Shown piece after piece: positions 38,750 to 51,789 of a stretch of 64,000 bases of DNA. The translations under genes were made by a program, and so were the position numbers. The notes under the pieces are model-generated. The model made no database searches. It was not told the origin of the DNA and was given only the letters and a program-made list of their open reading frames with translations. This stretch comes from Eledone cirrhosa (lineage: Eukaryota): the NCBI GenBank assembly GCA_964016885.1, contig OZ024741.1:224068001-224132000 (forward strand). The letters run 5' to 3'. Positions within the stretch are counted from its first letter, which is position 1. Each line of letters begins with the position of its first letter.

Positions 38750-41700
38750 TGTCATCACCATCATCACCTTATTGTCATCATCACCATCATCACCGTATTG
38801 CCATCATCACCATCATCACCTTATTGTCATCATTACCATCATCGCCGTATTGTCATCATCATCACCATCACCTTATTGTCATCATCACCATCATCACCTT
38901 ATTGTCATCATCACCATCATCACCTTATTGCCATCATCACCATCATCACCTTATTGTCATCATCACCATCATCACCTTATTGCCATCATCACCATCATCA
39001 CCTTATTGCCATCATCACCATCATCACCTTATTGTCATCATCACCATCATCACCTTATTGCCATCATCACCATCATCACCTTATTGCCATCATCACCATC
39101 ATCACCTTATTGCCATCATCACCATCATCACCTTATTGTCATCATCACCATCATCACCTTATTGCCATCATCACCATCATCACCTTATTGTCATCATCAC
39201 CATCACCTTATTGTCATCATCATCATCATCACCTTATTGTCATCATCACCATCATCACCTTATTGTCATCATCACCATCATCACCTTATTGCCATCATCA
39301 CCATCATCACCTTATTGCCATCATCACCATCACCTTATTGTCATCATCATCATCATCACTTTATTGTCATCATCACCATCATCACCTTATTGTCATCATC
39401 ATTATCATCACCTTATTGTCATCATCACCATCATCACCTTATTGTCATCATCACCATCATCACCTTATTGTCATCATCACCATCACCTTATTCTCATCAT
39501 CATCATCATCACCTTATTGTCATCATCACCATCATCACCATCATCACCTTATTGCCATCATCCCCATCATCACCTTATTGTCATCATCACCATCATCACC
39601 TTATTGCCATCATCACCATCATCACCTTATTGTCATCATCACCATCATCACCTTATTGTCATCACCATCATCACCTTATTGCCATCATCCCCATCATCAC
39701 CTTATTGTCATCATCACCATCATCACCTTATTGTCATCATCACCATCATCACCTTATTGCCATCATCACCATCATCACCTTATTGTCACCATCACCATCA
39801 TCACCTTATTGTCATCACCATCATCACCTTATTGTCATCATCACCATCATCACCTTATTGTCATCATCACCATCATCACCTTATTGTCATCATCACCATC
39901 ATCACCTTATTGTCATCATCACCATCATCACCTTATTGTCATCATCACCATCATCACCTTATTGCCATCATCACCATCACCACCTTATTGTCATCATCAC
40001 CATCATCACCTTATTGTCATCATCACCATCATCACCTTATTGCCATCATCACCATCATCACCTTATTGTCATCATCACCATCATCACCTTATTGCCATCA
40101 TCACCATCATCATTTTATTGTCATCATCACCATCACCTTATTGCCATCACCACCATCATCACCTTATTGCCATCACCACCACCATCACCTTATTGTCATC
40201 ATCGTCATCATCACCTTATTGTCATCATCGTCATCACCTTATTGCCATCATCACCATCATCACCTTATTGTCATCACCATCATCACCATATTGTCATCAT
40301 CACCATCATCACCATATTGTCATCATCACCATCATCACCTTATTGTCATCATCACCATCATCACCTTATTGTCATCATCGTCATCATCACCTTATTGTCA
40401 TCATCGTCACCATCACCTTATTGTCATCACCATCATCACCTTATTGTCATCATCGTCATCATCACCTTATTGTCATCATCGTCATCACCTTATTGCCATC
40501 ACCACCATCATCACCTTATTGCCATCATCACCATCATCACCTTATTGCCATCATCGTCACCATCACCTTATTGTCATCATCGTCATCATCACCTTATTGT
40601 CATCATCGTCATCACCTTATTGCCATCATCACCATCATCACCTTATTGTCATCACCATCATCACCTTATTGCCATCATCACCATCATCACCTTATTGTCA
40701 TCACCATCATCACCTTATTGTCATCATCACCATCATCACCTTATTGCCATCATCACCATCATCACCTTATTGTCATCATCATCACCATCATCACCTTATT
40801 GTCATCATCATCACCATCATCACCTTATTGTCATCATCACCATCACCTTGTTGCCATCATCACCATCATCACCTTATTGTCATCATCACCATCATCACCT
40901 TATTGTCATCATCACCATCATCACCTTATTGCCATCATCACCATCATCACCTTATTGTCATCATCACTATCATCACCTTATTGTCATCACCATCATCACC
41001 TTATTGTCATCATCACCATCATCACCTTATTGTCATCACCATCATCACCTTATTGTCATCACCATCGTCACCTTATTGCCATCATCACCATCATCACTTT
41101 ATTGTCATCATCACCATCATCACCTTATTGTCATCACCATCATCACCTTATTGTCATCATCACCATCATCACCTTATTGTCACCATCACCATCATCACCT
41201 TATTGTCATCACCATCATCACCTTATTGTCATCATCACCATCATCACCTTATTGTCATCATCACCATCATCACCTTATTGTCATCATCACCATCACCTTA
41301 TTGTCATCATCACCTTATTGTCATCATCACCATCACCTTATTGTCATCACCATCATCACCTTATTGTCATCATCACCATCATCACCTTATTGCCATCATC
41401 ACCATCATCACCTTATTGTCATCACCATCATCACCTTATTGTCATCACCATCATCACCTTATTGTCATCATCACCATCATCACCTTATTGTCATCATCAC
41501 CATCATCACCTTATTGTCATCATCACCATCATCACCTTATTGTCATCATCACCATCATCACTTTATTGTCATCATCACCATCATCACCTTATTGTCATCA
41601 TCACCATCATCACCTTATTGTCATCATCACCATCATCACCTTATTGTCATCATCACCATCATCACCTTATTGTCATCATCACCATCATCACCTTATTGTC

Positions 41701-42027
41701 ATCATCACCATCATCACCTTATTGCCATCATCACCATCATCACCTTATTGTCATCACCATCATCACCTTATTGTCATCACCATCATCACCTTATTGTCAT
41801 CATCACCATCATCACCTTATTGTCATCATCACCATCATCACCTTATTGTCATCACCACCATCATCACCTTATTGTCATCATCATCACCATCATCACCTTA
41901 TTGTCATCATCACCATCATCACCTTATTGTCATCACCATCATCACCTTATTGTCATCATCACCATCATCACCTTATTGTCATCACCATCATCACCTTATT
42001 GTCATCATCACCATCATCACCTTATTG

Positions 42028-42082
<55 letters not shown>

Positions 42083-42188
42083 TGTTGTGATTATCATATC
42101 ATTATCATCATCATCATCATCACCTTCATTATCATCTTTGTGATTATCATATCATTATCATCATGTTATAGTCATCATCATCATCTTC

Positions 42189-42225
<37 letters not shown>

Positions 42226-42256
42226 CGATTATCATATCATTACCATCATCTTATTG

Positions 42257-42299
<43 letters not shown>

Positions 42300-42389
42300 T
42301 ATCATCATTGTCATTGTATTCATCATCATTGTCTTTGTTATCATTATCACATCATTGTCTTTTTCTCTTTCTTCTTCTTTTCATCCCCT

Positions 42390-42426
<37 letters not shown>

Positions 42427-42430
42427 CAAT
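38750..42430. repeat. 26-bp (CAT)n-derived minisatellite CCTTATTGTCATCATCACCATCATCA
   Basis: Anchor spacing of 26 bp (38767 to 38793) with 3-bp length variants; no stops in any + frame over most of the array. Confidence 0.97.
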
Positions 42431-42639
42431 CATCACCACCACTACAACTATCACTGCGAATTTGAGGGAAGGGCAAAGCTGATGAAAATCAACTCCAATA
42501 GTTGACTGGCATTTTATTTTATTGACCCCAGAAGTATGAAAGGCCAAGCTGGATTTGAACTCAAGTAAAGAGCCACAACTAAATTCTGTAAAGCATTGTC
42601 TGATGCTCTTACAATCCTGCCGTCAGGAGTGGAACAAAT

Positions 42640-44495
42640 GAAAGAAAGTAAGGAATAATATTAGGCTGCTAGAAGAAATGCTAAATTTCAGGTGTTCTTG
42701 GCAAAGGGGAAAGTGATTTGTCAATGTTCCATGATGAAAGGATCAGAAGTGTAAGATGTTCTAGATGGTAAATCAGTGTTTCACTGTGAATCAAGATGTT
42801 GCCGGGGAGGAGATGTGATGTTATAAGCAATTGTGAAGGAAACGTCTGGGAAATGTTATTCTAAGGGGTTTCTGAATAAGGAGAATCTGTGAGAAGTGAA
42901 CTACTCCCAAATAAAACCAGCAGAATCACCCACTGTTGAAGTTGACAGCTATACAGTTGAAAGCGCATTTAACCCTTTCCTTACTATATTTCTAATGAAA
43001 TATATAATTTAAAAAATAATGAATAATCTGAAGGGATTTAGTACTATAGTTAACTTTGGAACATAACTCAACAAAAGTTCTTACATAAAATTATGATGGA
43101 AGGTTTTTAGATAAATATAAAACACTTTAAAACAAAGTTTCTTATGGAACAGGGGCAGTTTTAGGCAGTTTGGTATTAAAAAGGTTAAGGATATGAAGGC
43201 AGGGATAACAGATGGACCATCAGGAATAATTTGCTGAGCTGCTGAAAATATTCAGCAAAGTAGGACACCTACTAGTCAGTGATGTTGTCAACTGGGTAGT
43301 AGAAGGAGATGTCATAGGCAATGACTGTCATTGCTGTATCAACACCAACTACTACAAGGGTAAAGGAGATACTCTGAAAAGAAGCAACCTCAGAGAATCA
43401 ACAGATGGATAAAGTTATGAAAGTAACTGAAAGAGTTATAGGACAACTGATTAGGAAGAGAATTAGCTCAGATGAAATGTAGTTTGTGTTTGTATCAGGA
43501 CAGCATTCCAGTGCTGCCTTCTTAGTAACTACAAAAGAAGTTCTCAGCTAAAGGCAAGCCACTGTATCCAGCATTCATTTACTTGGAGAAGGCCTTTGTT
43601 CAGGTACCACAGTCTTTAGAAAACTGGGTGTAGTTAAATGGCTAGTGAGGGTTGTGCTAGCCATGCATATAGATGCTGTTGGTAAGGTGAGATTTAGCAA
43701 TGAGTACAGCAAGGTATTTAGCATGCATGTAGGTGTTCACCAGATCTTGATTCTCATATCAAATTATGTTGGAATGTTTATTATAATACTCTTGGCCATA
43801 ACAAAGGAGTTTAAGACTGGCTATCCATGGTAACTCCAATCTAGTTCTTATAGCCGAATTTATCAAGGATTTACTGGAACAAAGTCCAAATATAGAAGAA
43901 ACGATTAGAATTAAAATGCTTGAAATCAAACCAAGTTTTAATTAACAGTAAAGAAGACAAGACTCAACTGTCAACTGGGAAATGAGTACGCTTGATAGGC
44001 AGAAAAGGAGTCAGTATGAATTCTATGTGGCATATCAAATTAAACTATGGGCATTATAAGCAGTGTATTGGAATCTTAGGTAGAGAAGCAGATTCATACG
44101 AGTAATTAGCAGTAATTGCTCATGTGAAATAAATTATTTCAAATGCTTAGAAGGCCTTTTAGAACTACCTGATAGCCTCTAATATCTAGGTGATCTAATC
44201 AGCAGTGGAGGTGGGTGTCCCAAAAACATGGTAGCAAGAACAAATATAGGATGGAAAGGTTCAGGGAGCTATTACTTTTGTTGGTAACAAAGGGTTTCTC
44301 TTGCTACTATGAAATGTTACATAGTAGCAAGAGCTGGACCTTGAATGCAGAAGATATGTGGAAGCTGAAAAGAAATGTGGTGTACAAGCTCTACTGGATG
44401 TGTAATGTTGTCAATGAATGGCAGAACATATATGCACCGAGAGAAAAACTGGATATAAGAAGAATCAACCAATGTAAATCCAACATAAAATGATG
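42640..44495 (+). mobile_element. Old, heavily decayed RTE LINE related to the 59.9-61.7 kb copy
   Basis: Remnants KDMKAG..GPSGI, YKGKGD, MKVTERVIGQLIRKRI, LEKAF, GVHQ, ITKEFKTGYPW, YLGDLISSGGG and SWTLNAED are colinear with the intact RTE ORF. Confidence 0.88.
42973..43184. mobile_element. piggyBac-type MITE (family PB-2) inserted into the decayed RTE
   Basis: TTAA|CCCTTT ... AAAAGG|TTAA. Removing it rejoins VESAF-KDMKAG. Related copies at 45510-45723 and 50773-50996. Confidence 0.8.
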
Positions 44496-45081
44496 GTGCT
44501 GATGATGTAGATTATTAGTAAGAGTTAAAGAGTGGCAGTGATGATAGTGGTGTTAGATTAAAGATCTTTCAGTATTTAGTCCTGACACTCCACATTTTGT
44601 GCTTAATTCCTACCAGGGCCAACTTCCGTCTTTTATCTCACTGACTTAGATTTTGTAAGAAACCATTATGATTAGGTCAGCAGGTTGAAATGTAGAGAGG
44701 ATTGTTGTTGTAGTTTTAGTAGAGGTGACTGATAATAGAGAACTATGGTTCAACAATTGGTTAATAGCTGTAATGTTGGTCAGTTAATATTTGTCAATCA
44801 AACACAGTCTTTCCTTTCATCTTGTCTACAATATGTCGGCTTGTGTGAGTATGTGTAGATATTTATGTTCTTTTCTTTGGTATTTCAGTTTGAATAATCT
44901 AGTGCTTTCAAGATCGTGTGTTATGGAGTTATATGTGTGTGTTACAAAATTGTCCTAGGTCAGAATATTTTGTCTCTGATTTTTCACATTTTCAGATTAA
45001 AATCAACATTAATTATTTATTTATTCTTAATCTCCCATGTGAGCCTAAACATGTTCTATTTAATGGTTATATGATACTTAA

Positions 45082-45505
45082 CCCTTTAGCATTTAAACCA
45101 GTCATATCTGGCCAGAATTCTCTTATCTCTTTCTGTTCACACTGGCCATAACCAGCTGTTCATACTTATGTTAAGGTATTGTTCTCAAAATAAATAATTG
45201 TTTCTACTTTAGGCACAAGGCCAGCAATTACCCAGTGCATTACTGGTACTTTATTTTATCGACCCCGTAAGGATGAAAGGCAAAGTCAACCTCGGCGGGA
45301 TTTGAACTCAGATGGTAAAGAGACGTAACTATGCTGGAAAGCATGGCACCCGACCCTCTACCGATACTGCCAATCCACCGCCCTTCTCAAAATAAATAAT
45401 ATCAATATTTTGTAGAATTGATATTACATGAGATAATTATGTGAGGTAAAGTGTTTACCATGAAAATGCAATCATAATTATAGAATAATGTAAATGCTAA
45501 AAGGG
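45082..45505. mobile_element. piggyBac-type MITE PB-1, second copy, with nested SINE (45199-45383, minus, subfamily B)
   Basis: TTAA|CCCTTTAGCA ... TGCTAAAAGGG|TTAA. SINE TSD TTCTCAAAATAAATAAT (45182-45198, 45384-45400). Confidence 0.88.
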
Positions 45506-45509
45506 TTAA

Positions 45510-45723
45510 ACCTTCTGCTACCAACCCACCCAAAACTGTCTCTAGTTCTATGAAACAAAACTACCAATTTTAAAGGGTTCCTATTCAAATTAAAATCTTT
45601 CAACAAAATTCGATATAAGGACCTTTTGTTAAGTTACAAATACCATCTAATTAATTAAATAATTAACTCCAACTAATTAATTAAATTAATTCAAATACAG
45701 TACATTGCATAAGAAAAAAGGGT
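45510..45723. mobile_element. piggyBac-type MITE PB-2 abutting PB-1 at a shared TTAA
   Basis: Homologous to 50773-50996 (TACCAACC..TTCTATGAAACAAAA..AAATTAAAATCTTTCAACA); ends AAAGGG|TTAA. Confidence 0.7.
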
Positions 45724-47339
45724 TAATCAAATATATATACAAAAAGAGGGTTAATCAAATATATATACATTTATTTATTGTATGTCATCTCGATTTATTA
45801 CCACTCTTAAAAGGTTTGAAAGAACTCGTTTAAGTCATCACTGTTAAATTTATGTTGATGTTCAGCCTTCTGTGGTGACTATTAACTTTTAATATCCTGT
45901 ACCATATAAAACTGTATTAGCAAGACATTCTTGAAAAGATTTTACTTAGTTTATTGCAGATTTTCTCAACATTCTGTCTACTAGTAAAGATACTATAAAC
46001 ATTTGAAGTAACAAACTCATTTTAAAATATTTTTTACTAAATCATTACAAGATGTTAAGAGTTAATGATATATCCTTTCTGTAATATATTTTAATCTTGT
46101 TTGCCAACTATCTGCTGGAGAAATGTTGATTTGATGGTGGCTGCTCTGTACTTGTTATAACCCTCAGCTGATATGGTACAGTAAAACCTTTAAGACTTTT
46201 GAGACAAATCATAGACATGCTTCTACATTAAAGACAGCACTATTTCTACAAGATATTGTAGTGGGGGTGATTTATATGATACACACCCGGTACACACTGT
46301 AAATTGGTTGGTGATAGGAAGGGCGTCCAGTCATAGAAAGCCTGCTAAACAAAGTGTAAGAATGACTCTAGGTCTGTTGAAAACAGGATAATCTCTGTAG
46401 TGTTGGTGATCTACACAATAAATGCACCCAGTATACTCTATAAAGTGCTTGGTGATAGGAATGGCATCCAGCCATAGAAAACCAAACCAGCCAAACTAAA
46501 GTCAGAAGGCCCCTTCAGTTATATCAAAGATATAACAACCTCCATAGTGCTGGTGTCACAATGAAATGCACTCAGTAGGGCATGGGATCATATGTAAGCA
46601 AAATGCAAGACCCTGGCTCATCTGAAAAGTTGATAACCTTGATTGAGTACTGACACGATCTTTGAAGACCAGCCCAACCCTTGCAAGTAGGCAAAATGGA
46701 TGTTTTTTTGTTGTTGCTTATCATAAGCAAGGCTATAAAACAACTAGTGAGAAAATTGATCCGAAATTATTAGAAGTGTCCGACAAACCTGCAGGTCCAG
46801 AATGAGACAGATCCACACAATGATCGCGTCTCGAGCTGTCTGCCGGCGAAACAATTGTAACACACAATAAATTGAGTTCAGATGCATCACTGATTTTTCG
46901 TTTTATATTATATCACACTCTGCTCTGTAAGAACATAGAGTGCTCAATCGGCATACCGCCTATGGAAGCATCATAGCTACCATCAGACACACACACATAT
47001 ATATATATATATACTCTTCTACACTTTTACTCTTTTACCTGTTCCAGCCATCCGACTGTGTGTGTGTGTGTATATATATATACATACACACACACACACT
47101 TATACATATATATATGTATACACCTTAATGTGCATATATGCATGTATGCATATATATAGGAACATGCACCCACACAAAACTATATAATATATATAATTCT
47201 GTTGATATTCAGACTTCAATAACATGTTCCAACTAGATGATTCACAATATTAAATATTTCAACTTTGCTGTCAAAATTTGTGCTGTTGAAAGTTTTCTGA
47301 ATTATTAAAATATCAGTTAACATACTATAAAATAGAGTG

Positions 47340-48250
47340 GTGAAATGACAGAACATGTAGAGATCAGAAATAATGCTATTGCAATATTTGTTGTGGCTCT
47401 TTGAATTCTGAGTTCAAATCCAGCAAAGGTCAACCTAGCCAGGGTCGATTAAATAAAGTACCAGTCACGTACTGGGTTTTATTTAATCAACTTTACCCTG
47501 CCCTCATAATTAAATTAGAAACAAAATCAATACTACAAAATAAACAAATTATTTAAAATTTAAAACTTCTTCGTTTCATTAATACTAAACTCATTAGCTA
47601 CTAATAAGCCTGGGAAGAAACTGAAAACTTTACAGCTGGCAAAATTGCAAAGCTGATGCATTGATAGTATGAACATGTGTGGCTTAGTGTTTAAGGTTTT
47701 GGGCTCATGATTGTATGGTCGTGAGCTCATTTCCCAGACTGGGCAGCATTTTGTGTCATTGAGCAACATACTATATTTCACACTCAGTTGGAAAGAAAAT
47801 GAGATAATACTTGTTTCTACTTTAGGCACAAGGCCAGCAATTACCCAGTGCATTACTGGTACTTTATTTTATCGACCCCGTAAGGATGAAAGGCAAAGTC
47901 AACCTCGGCGAGATAATACTGATGTCAAGTTGTATCAGTTTTTGCCTTTCCATTGGACAACATCATATATAGTATATATAGGGCATATATATAGTGTATA
48001 TGGGGAGGCACGTGGCCTAGTGGTAAAGGTGTTGCACTTAGGATCATAATGTCGTGGATTCGATTCCTGGGTTGCGTGTTGTCTTCTTGAGCAAAATACT
48101 TCATTTCACGTTGTTCCAGTATACTCAGCTGTAAATGAGTACCAGCAATAGCAGCGAGTTTAACCCTGTGATGGACTTGTGTCCTGTCCAGGGGGAAGTC
48201 TTGTACTCTCAGTCGTTTCACGCCATAACCCGGGATAAGCACCAAATAAA
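47340..48250. mobile_element. Cluster of SINE copies and fragments (Meta-type 47340-47520 +, CORE 47675-47790 +, Meta 47810-47912 -, CORE 48003-48245 +)
   Basis: Shared A/B boxes and central domains with the other SINEs in the window. Confidence 0.75.
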
Positions 48251-48495
48251 CCTTCTGGCTTAAGACAGACTTTAGACTTTTATAGTGTATATTGTGTTTA
48301 CTGTATGTATGTCTGTGTGTGTATATCATTGTATTTTTGTGCTGATGTATTTATGTCATTATGTGTCTATTTGTGAGTCTATATGTGTGTGTGCCAATAT
48401 GTATTTGTGTCTATGTGTGTCTGTGTGTATGTATGTCCGTCTGTGCATGTCAATATGTATTTGTGTCTGTGTCTGTCTGTGTGCATGTGTGTTTG

Positions 48496-48945
48496 TCAGT
48501 ATGTATGTGTGTATCTCTGTGTGTGTTTGTGTGGGTCTCCTCGTCTGGGTGTATGTCTGTCTGTGTATCTGTGTGTGTGTGGGGATATCCCTGTCTGTGT
48601 ATGGGTGTATGTCTGTATGAGTGTGTGTGTGTGTACATGTCTGGCTCAGTATGTATGTGTGTATCTCTGTGTGTGTTTGTGTGGGTCTCCTCGTCTGGGT
48701 GTATGTCTGTCTGTGTATCTGTGTGTGTGGGGATATCCCTGTCTGTGTATGGGTGTATGTCTGTATGAGTGTGTGTGTGTGTACATGTCTGGCTCAGTAT
48801 GTATGTGTGTATCTCTGTGTGTGTTTGTGTGGGTCTCCTCGTCTGGGTGTATGTCTGTCTGTGTATCTGTGTGTGTGTGGGGATATCCCTGTCTATGTAT
48901 GGGTGTATGTCTGTATGAGTGTGTGTGTGTACATGTCTGGCTCTG
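48496..48945. repeat. Three tandem ~150-bp units within a (GT)n-rich tract
   Basis: GTGGGTCTCCTCGTCTGGG at 48531, 48681 and 48829. Confidence 0.92.
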
Positions 48946-49589
48946 TATGTGTGTGTGTGTGTGTGTCTGTGTGTGCGTCTGTGTAAGTATCTGTGTGTGA
49001 GTGTATGTCTGTCTGTGTGTATCTGTGTGTGTGAGTGTTTGTCTGTCTGTGTATATCTGTCTTTATGTATGTGTATGTCTGTGTGTGTGTCTGTGTGTGT
49101 GTGCATGTCTGAGTATCTGTGTGTGAGTATATGTCTGTCTGTGTATCTGTGTGTGTGTCTGTATGTCTATGTGTAGTTGTGTGTGTATGTGTAAACATGT
49201 TTAGTAAAATCTTTGAATTTTTATGATAGCTTTTTTTTCAAATCTTAATCCTGTCTGAAATGTTTCCCTCTTTTTTAAAAAAATATTTATTTATAATCTT
49301 CGTAAAATCCACATGGGATTAGTTAATCATTTGTTTAATTAATCTAATAGATTAATTAGGCAATCAATTTGAAAAAAAAAATCTTTCTCGTATCTTACAT
49401 CTGGCTATCATTTTCACAAATAACAACAACAACAACTGTAAATACAACAACAATAGCAGTAAAGACAACAACAACAACAACATCAACGACAATAACATCA
49501 ACAACAATAGGAACAACAGCAATAACAATAACAACATAAAAAGCAATAACAACATCAACAACAATAACAATGGCGACAACAACAACAAC

Positions 49590-50083
49590 AATTGTTTCTA
49601 CTTTTGACACAAGGCCAGAAATTAAACCAGTGCATTACCTCGGTGGGATTTGAACCCAGAAAGTAAAGGGTCATAACTCTATGCTGCAAAGCATGGTGTC
49701 TGACGCTCTACCGATACTGCGAATTCTGATTTCCTTATTCGGCAGAAGGGCTTGTATATAGAAATAGAGCAAATATTACAAATATTGGGGTTAGAATAGA
49801 TGTGGGGTCGAACAAACAAAGATATATAAAGACGTGAATAGAGGAGGAAAAGGTGGTATACAATGGTTTCTTATATAGGCACAAGGCCAGCAATTTTTTT
49901 TTGGGGGTGGGGGGAATTGATTAAATCAACACCAGTGCATGACTGGTACTTTATTTTATCGACCCCGTAAGGATGAAAGGCAAAGTTAACCTCAGCGGGA
50001 TTTGAACTCAGACCGTAAAGGGCCGTAACTCTTTGCTGCAAAGCATGGCATCCGACTCTACCGATACTGCCAATCCACCTCCC
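49590..50083 (-). mobile_element. Two Meta-type SINE copies (49590-49720 deleted; 49865-50083)
   Basis: Reverse complement of the 6501/30828 SINE; the second is flanked by AAAAG(G)GTGGTATAC. Confidence 0.82.
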
Positions 50084-50772
50084 TTAAAAGGGTGGTATAC
50101 TATAGACAGACTAATTTGATAAAACAACGTGAGATACGTATAATATTATTATAAAACAACAATAATAATAACAGCAACAACAATTATATTGAAATAAAGA
50201 AAATAAAGAAAGGAAACAACAACAGCAACAATAACAACAGCAACAACAATGGCAGCAAAATAACAACAGCAGCAATAGCAATGACAACTACAGAAACAAC
50301 AACAACAACAGTAACACAAATATAAGAAACGAAAGGAAACAACAACAACATCAACACCAACAGCAAAATAACAACAACATCAACATCATCAACAACAACA
50401 ACAACAACTACTACAATGACAGCAACAACAACAGCAACAAAAAGTCCATTTCAAGTTGATAGGAGATAGAAGAGAGAAGACGATAGCATCATTTAACATG
50501 TAAAATTCAAGAAAGAAGTCCCATTTCTGTTTGAGTGAAGTTCATGGCATTTGCCCAGGTTCTTTGTTCCACAGAACAACTAAGCTACTACACACAGGAA
50601 AAAAACCATTGAGTTTTGTCTTTTATAAAGCCTGATTGAGTTAAGTGAACTTGAAAATTCCTTCCAATTTTCTCTCAGGCAAAAGACAAGCCCCTTTTTT
50701 CTTTTCTTTTCTTTTTCTTTTAAATCTCAAGATTATTTTACAAACTAGACTTTTCAGTTAGTTACAACTTAA

Positions 50773-50996
50773 CCCTTTTGATACCAACCTGCTCCCAAAC
50801 CACTCTTGCTTCTATGAAACAAAAACCTCTCATTTTGAAGAGCTTCTAATTTAAATTAAAATCTTTCAACATAATTTGATATAAGGTCCTTTTGTTAAGT
50901 AAGTTATGCTATAAATACCATCTTAACAATGAAATAATTATTAATTTCAGTAAATCCCTAAAGAATTTTCATTAAAAAAATATAGTAATAAAGAGG
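50773..50996. mobile_element. piggyBac-type MITE PB-2
   Basis: TTAA|CCCTTTT start, AAAGAGG|TTAG end; homologous to the 42973 and 45510 copies. Confidence 0.7.
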
Positions 50997-51480
50997 TTAG
51001 GTTTCTTTTCAAATACTGACATTTTTTGTATTCCTTTGAAGCGGGTAGGATTTATGATTTTATTGATGTTATGGCTGTTGATGTTGCTGTTGATGTAGTT
51101 GTTGTTGTTGTTGGTATCAGTGTTGTTGTTGATGATGATGTTGGTGTTGTTGATGTTGATGATGTTGTTGATGTTGTCATTGATGTTATTGTTGCTGCTG
51201 GTATTAATGATATTGTTGTTCTTGTTGTTGTTGTTGATGTTATTGTAGATATTGATGTTGATGTTGATGTTATTGTTGTTCACTAAAAACAACAGCAACA
51301 AGTAGTACTTATTTCATCATCCTTGGGAAGAAGAACGACAATGTTTACAATTGCAGTCCTGGGATTTGAACTCAGAATGTAGAGAAGGAAGTAATGTAAT
51401 AGTGGATGTCATTTAGGTTAGCACTCAACCATTTTTGCCATTCCACATAATACATTCTTTGTTATATTATTTATTTAAAA

Positions 51481-51665
51481 GGGCGGTAGATTGGCAGTAT
51501 CGGTAGAGGGTCGGACGCCATGCTTTCCAGCATAGTTACGTCCCTTTACGATCTGAGTTCAAATCCCGCCGAGGTTGACTTTGCCTTTCATCCTTACGGG
51601 GTCGATAAAATAAAGTACCAGTAATGCACTGGGTTATTGCTGGCCTTGTGCCTAAAGTAGAAACA
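51481..51665 (+). mobile_element. Young full-length Meta-type SINE (subfamily B)
   Basis: Perfect 15-bp TSD ATTATTTATTTAAAA (51466-51480, 51666-51680). Confidence 0.92.
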
Positions 51666-51789
51666 ATTATTTATTTAAAAGGATTTAATTTACCACCACC
51701 GCCTCCTCCTCCTCCTCCTCCTCCTCCTCCTCCTCCTCCTCCTCCTCCTCCTCCTCCTCCTCCTCATCATCATGCCTCCCCCCCATATT

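Noticed and set aside
38715-42505. Three >1100-aa His-rich ORFs
   Set aside because: The 26-bp unit has no stop in any + frame, so all three frames give the same permuted peptide.
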